Positions 63,651-64,000 of a DNA stretch of 64,000 nucleotides are shown one piece after another (positions within the stretch are counted from its first letter, which is position 1; each line of letters begins with the position of its first letter). The stretch lies in the NCBI RefSeq assembly GCF_009914755.1, contig NC_060926.1; one strand, given 5' to 3'. Below the pieces are notes generated by a model. It worked only from the letters and a program-made list of their open reading frames with translations. It was not told the DNA's origin and did no database searches. This stretch comes from the human T2T-CHM13v2.0 reference genome, Homo sapiens. Position numbers and translations under genes: made by a program.

Positions 63651-64000
63651 GTGTGGTATAATGTATTATAAAATAGCTTCTATGTAAATAACTTCCTCAT
63701 ATATTTAAGAGTTTTTATTACTTTTAGATAAATAATACTTCTCTAGAAATTGCCAGTCCATTTCTTTAAAAGTGAACATGTTATATACTTACCCCCAGAG
63801 CAAAGGGTATGGCTTATTCAAATTGAGCAATTGACTCAATTGAACAGATTTAAGCTATTGCAGCCTAGCTTTGATGGTAAATGGTGGGAGTCAATTAGAC
63901 ACAACTAGTATAAATCACTATGCAAGATTGATATGACACCTGCACAAAGATAGGGCAAAGGGAGTTACTTATTTTTGCACCTATTTTCAATACTGTATCA

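Overview
This is AT-rich, CpG-poor primate (human-like) genomic DNA with no CpG island, no recognisable protein-coding gene, and no rRNA, tRNA or CRISPR array. It reads as intergenic or intronic sequence dense in interspersed repeats: five full-length Alus, two Alu monomers, a nested stack of old L1s at about 21.4-26.7 kb, a 5'-truncated L1PA, a twin-primed L1PA, several MaLR/ERVL LTRs, hAT and Tigger MITEs, and many MIR/L2 remnants. Subfamily names come from my recollection of consensus sequences and need RepeatMasker/Dfam confirmation. The ORF-track entries I could trace are repeat-derived, and the rest look like chance ORFs. The most notable unexplained structures are: (i) well-formed minus-strand splice-site pairs (17661-17816, 16501-16559, 8977-9025, 5149-5244), three of which splice into one open frame of about 96 codons with a MIR-derived hydrophobic segment; (ii) two spaced local duplications of unique-looking DNA (about 230 bp and 140 bp); (iii) a ~190-bp TSD-flanked non-L1 insert inside an L1 3' end; (iv) a 7-copy hairpin-forming 28-29-bp minisatellite; (v) several enhancer-like motif clusters, including a DR4 and a DR3 nuclear-receptor element. 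I found no evidence of a novel multi-gene system, and all functional interpretations are hypotheses.
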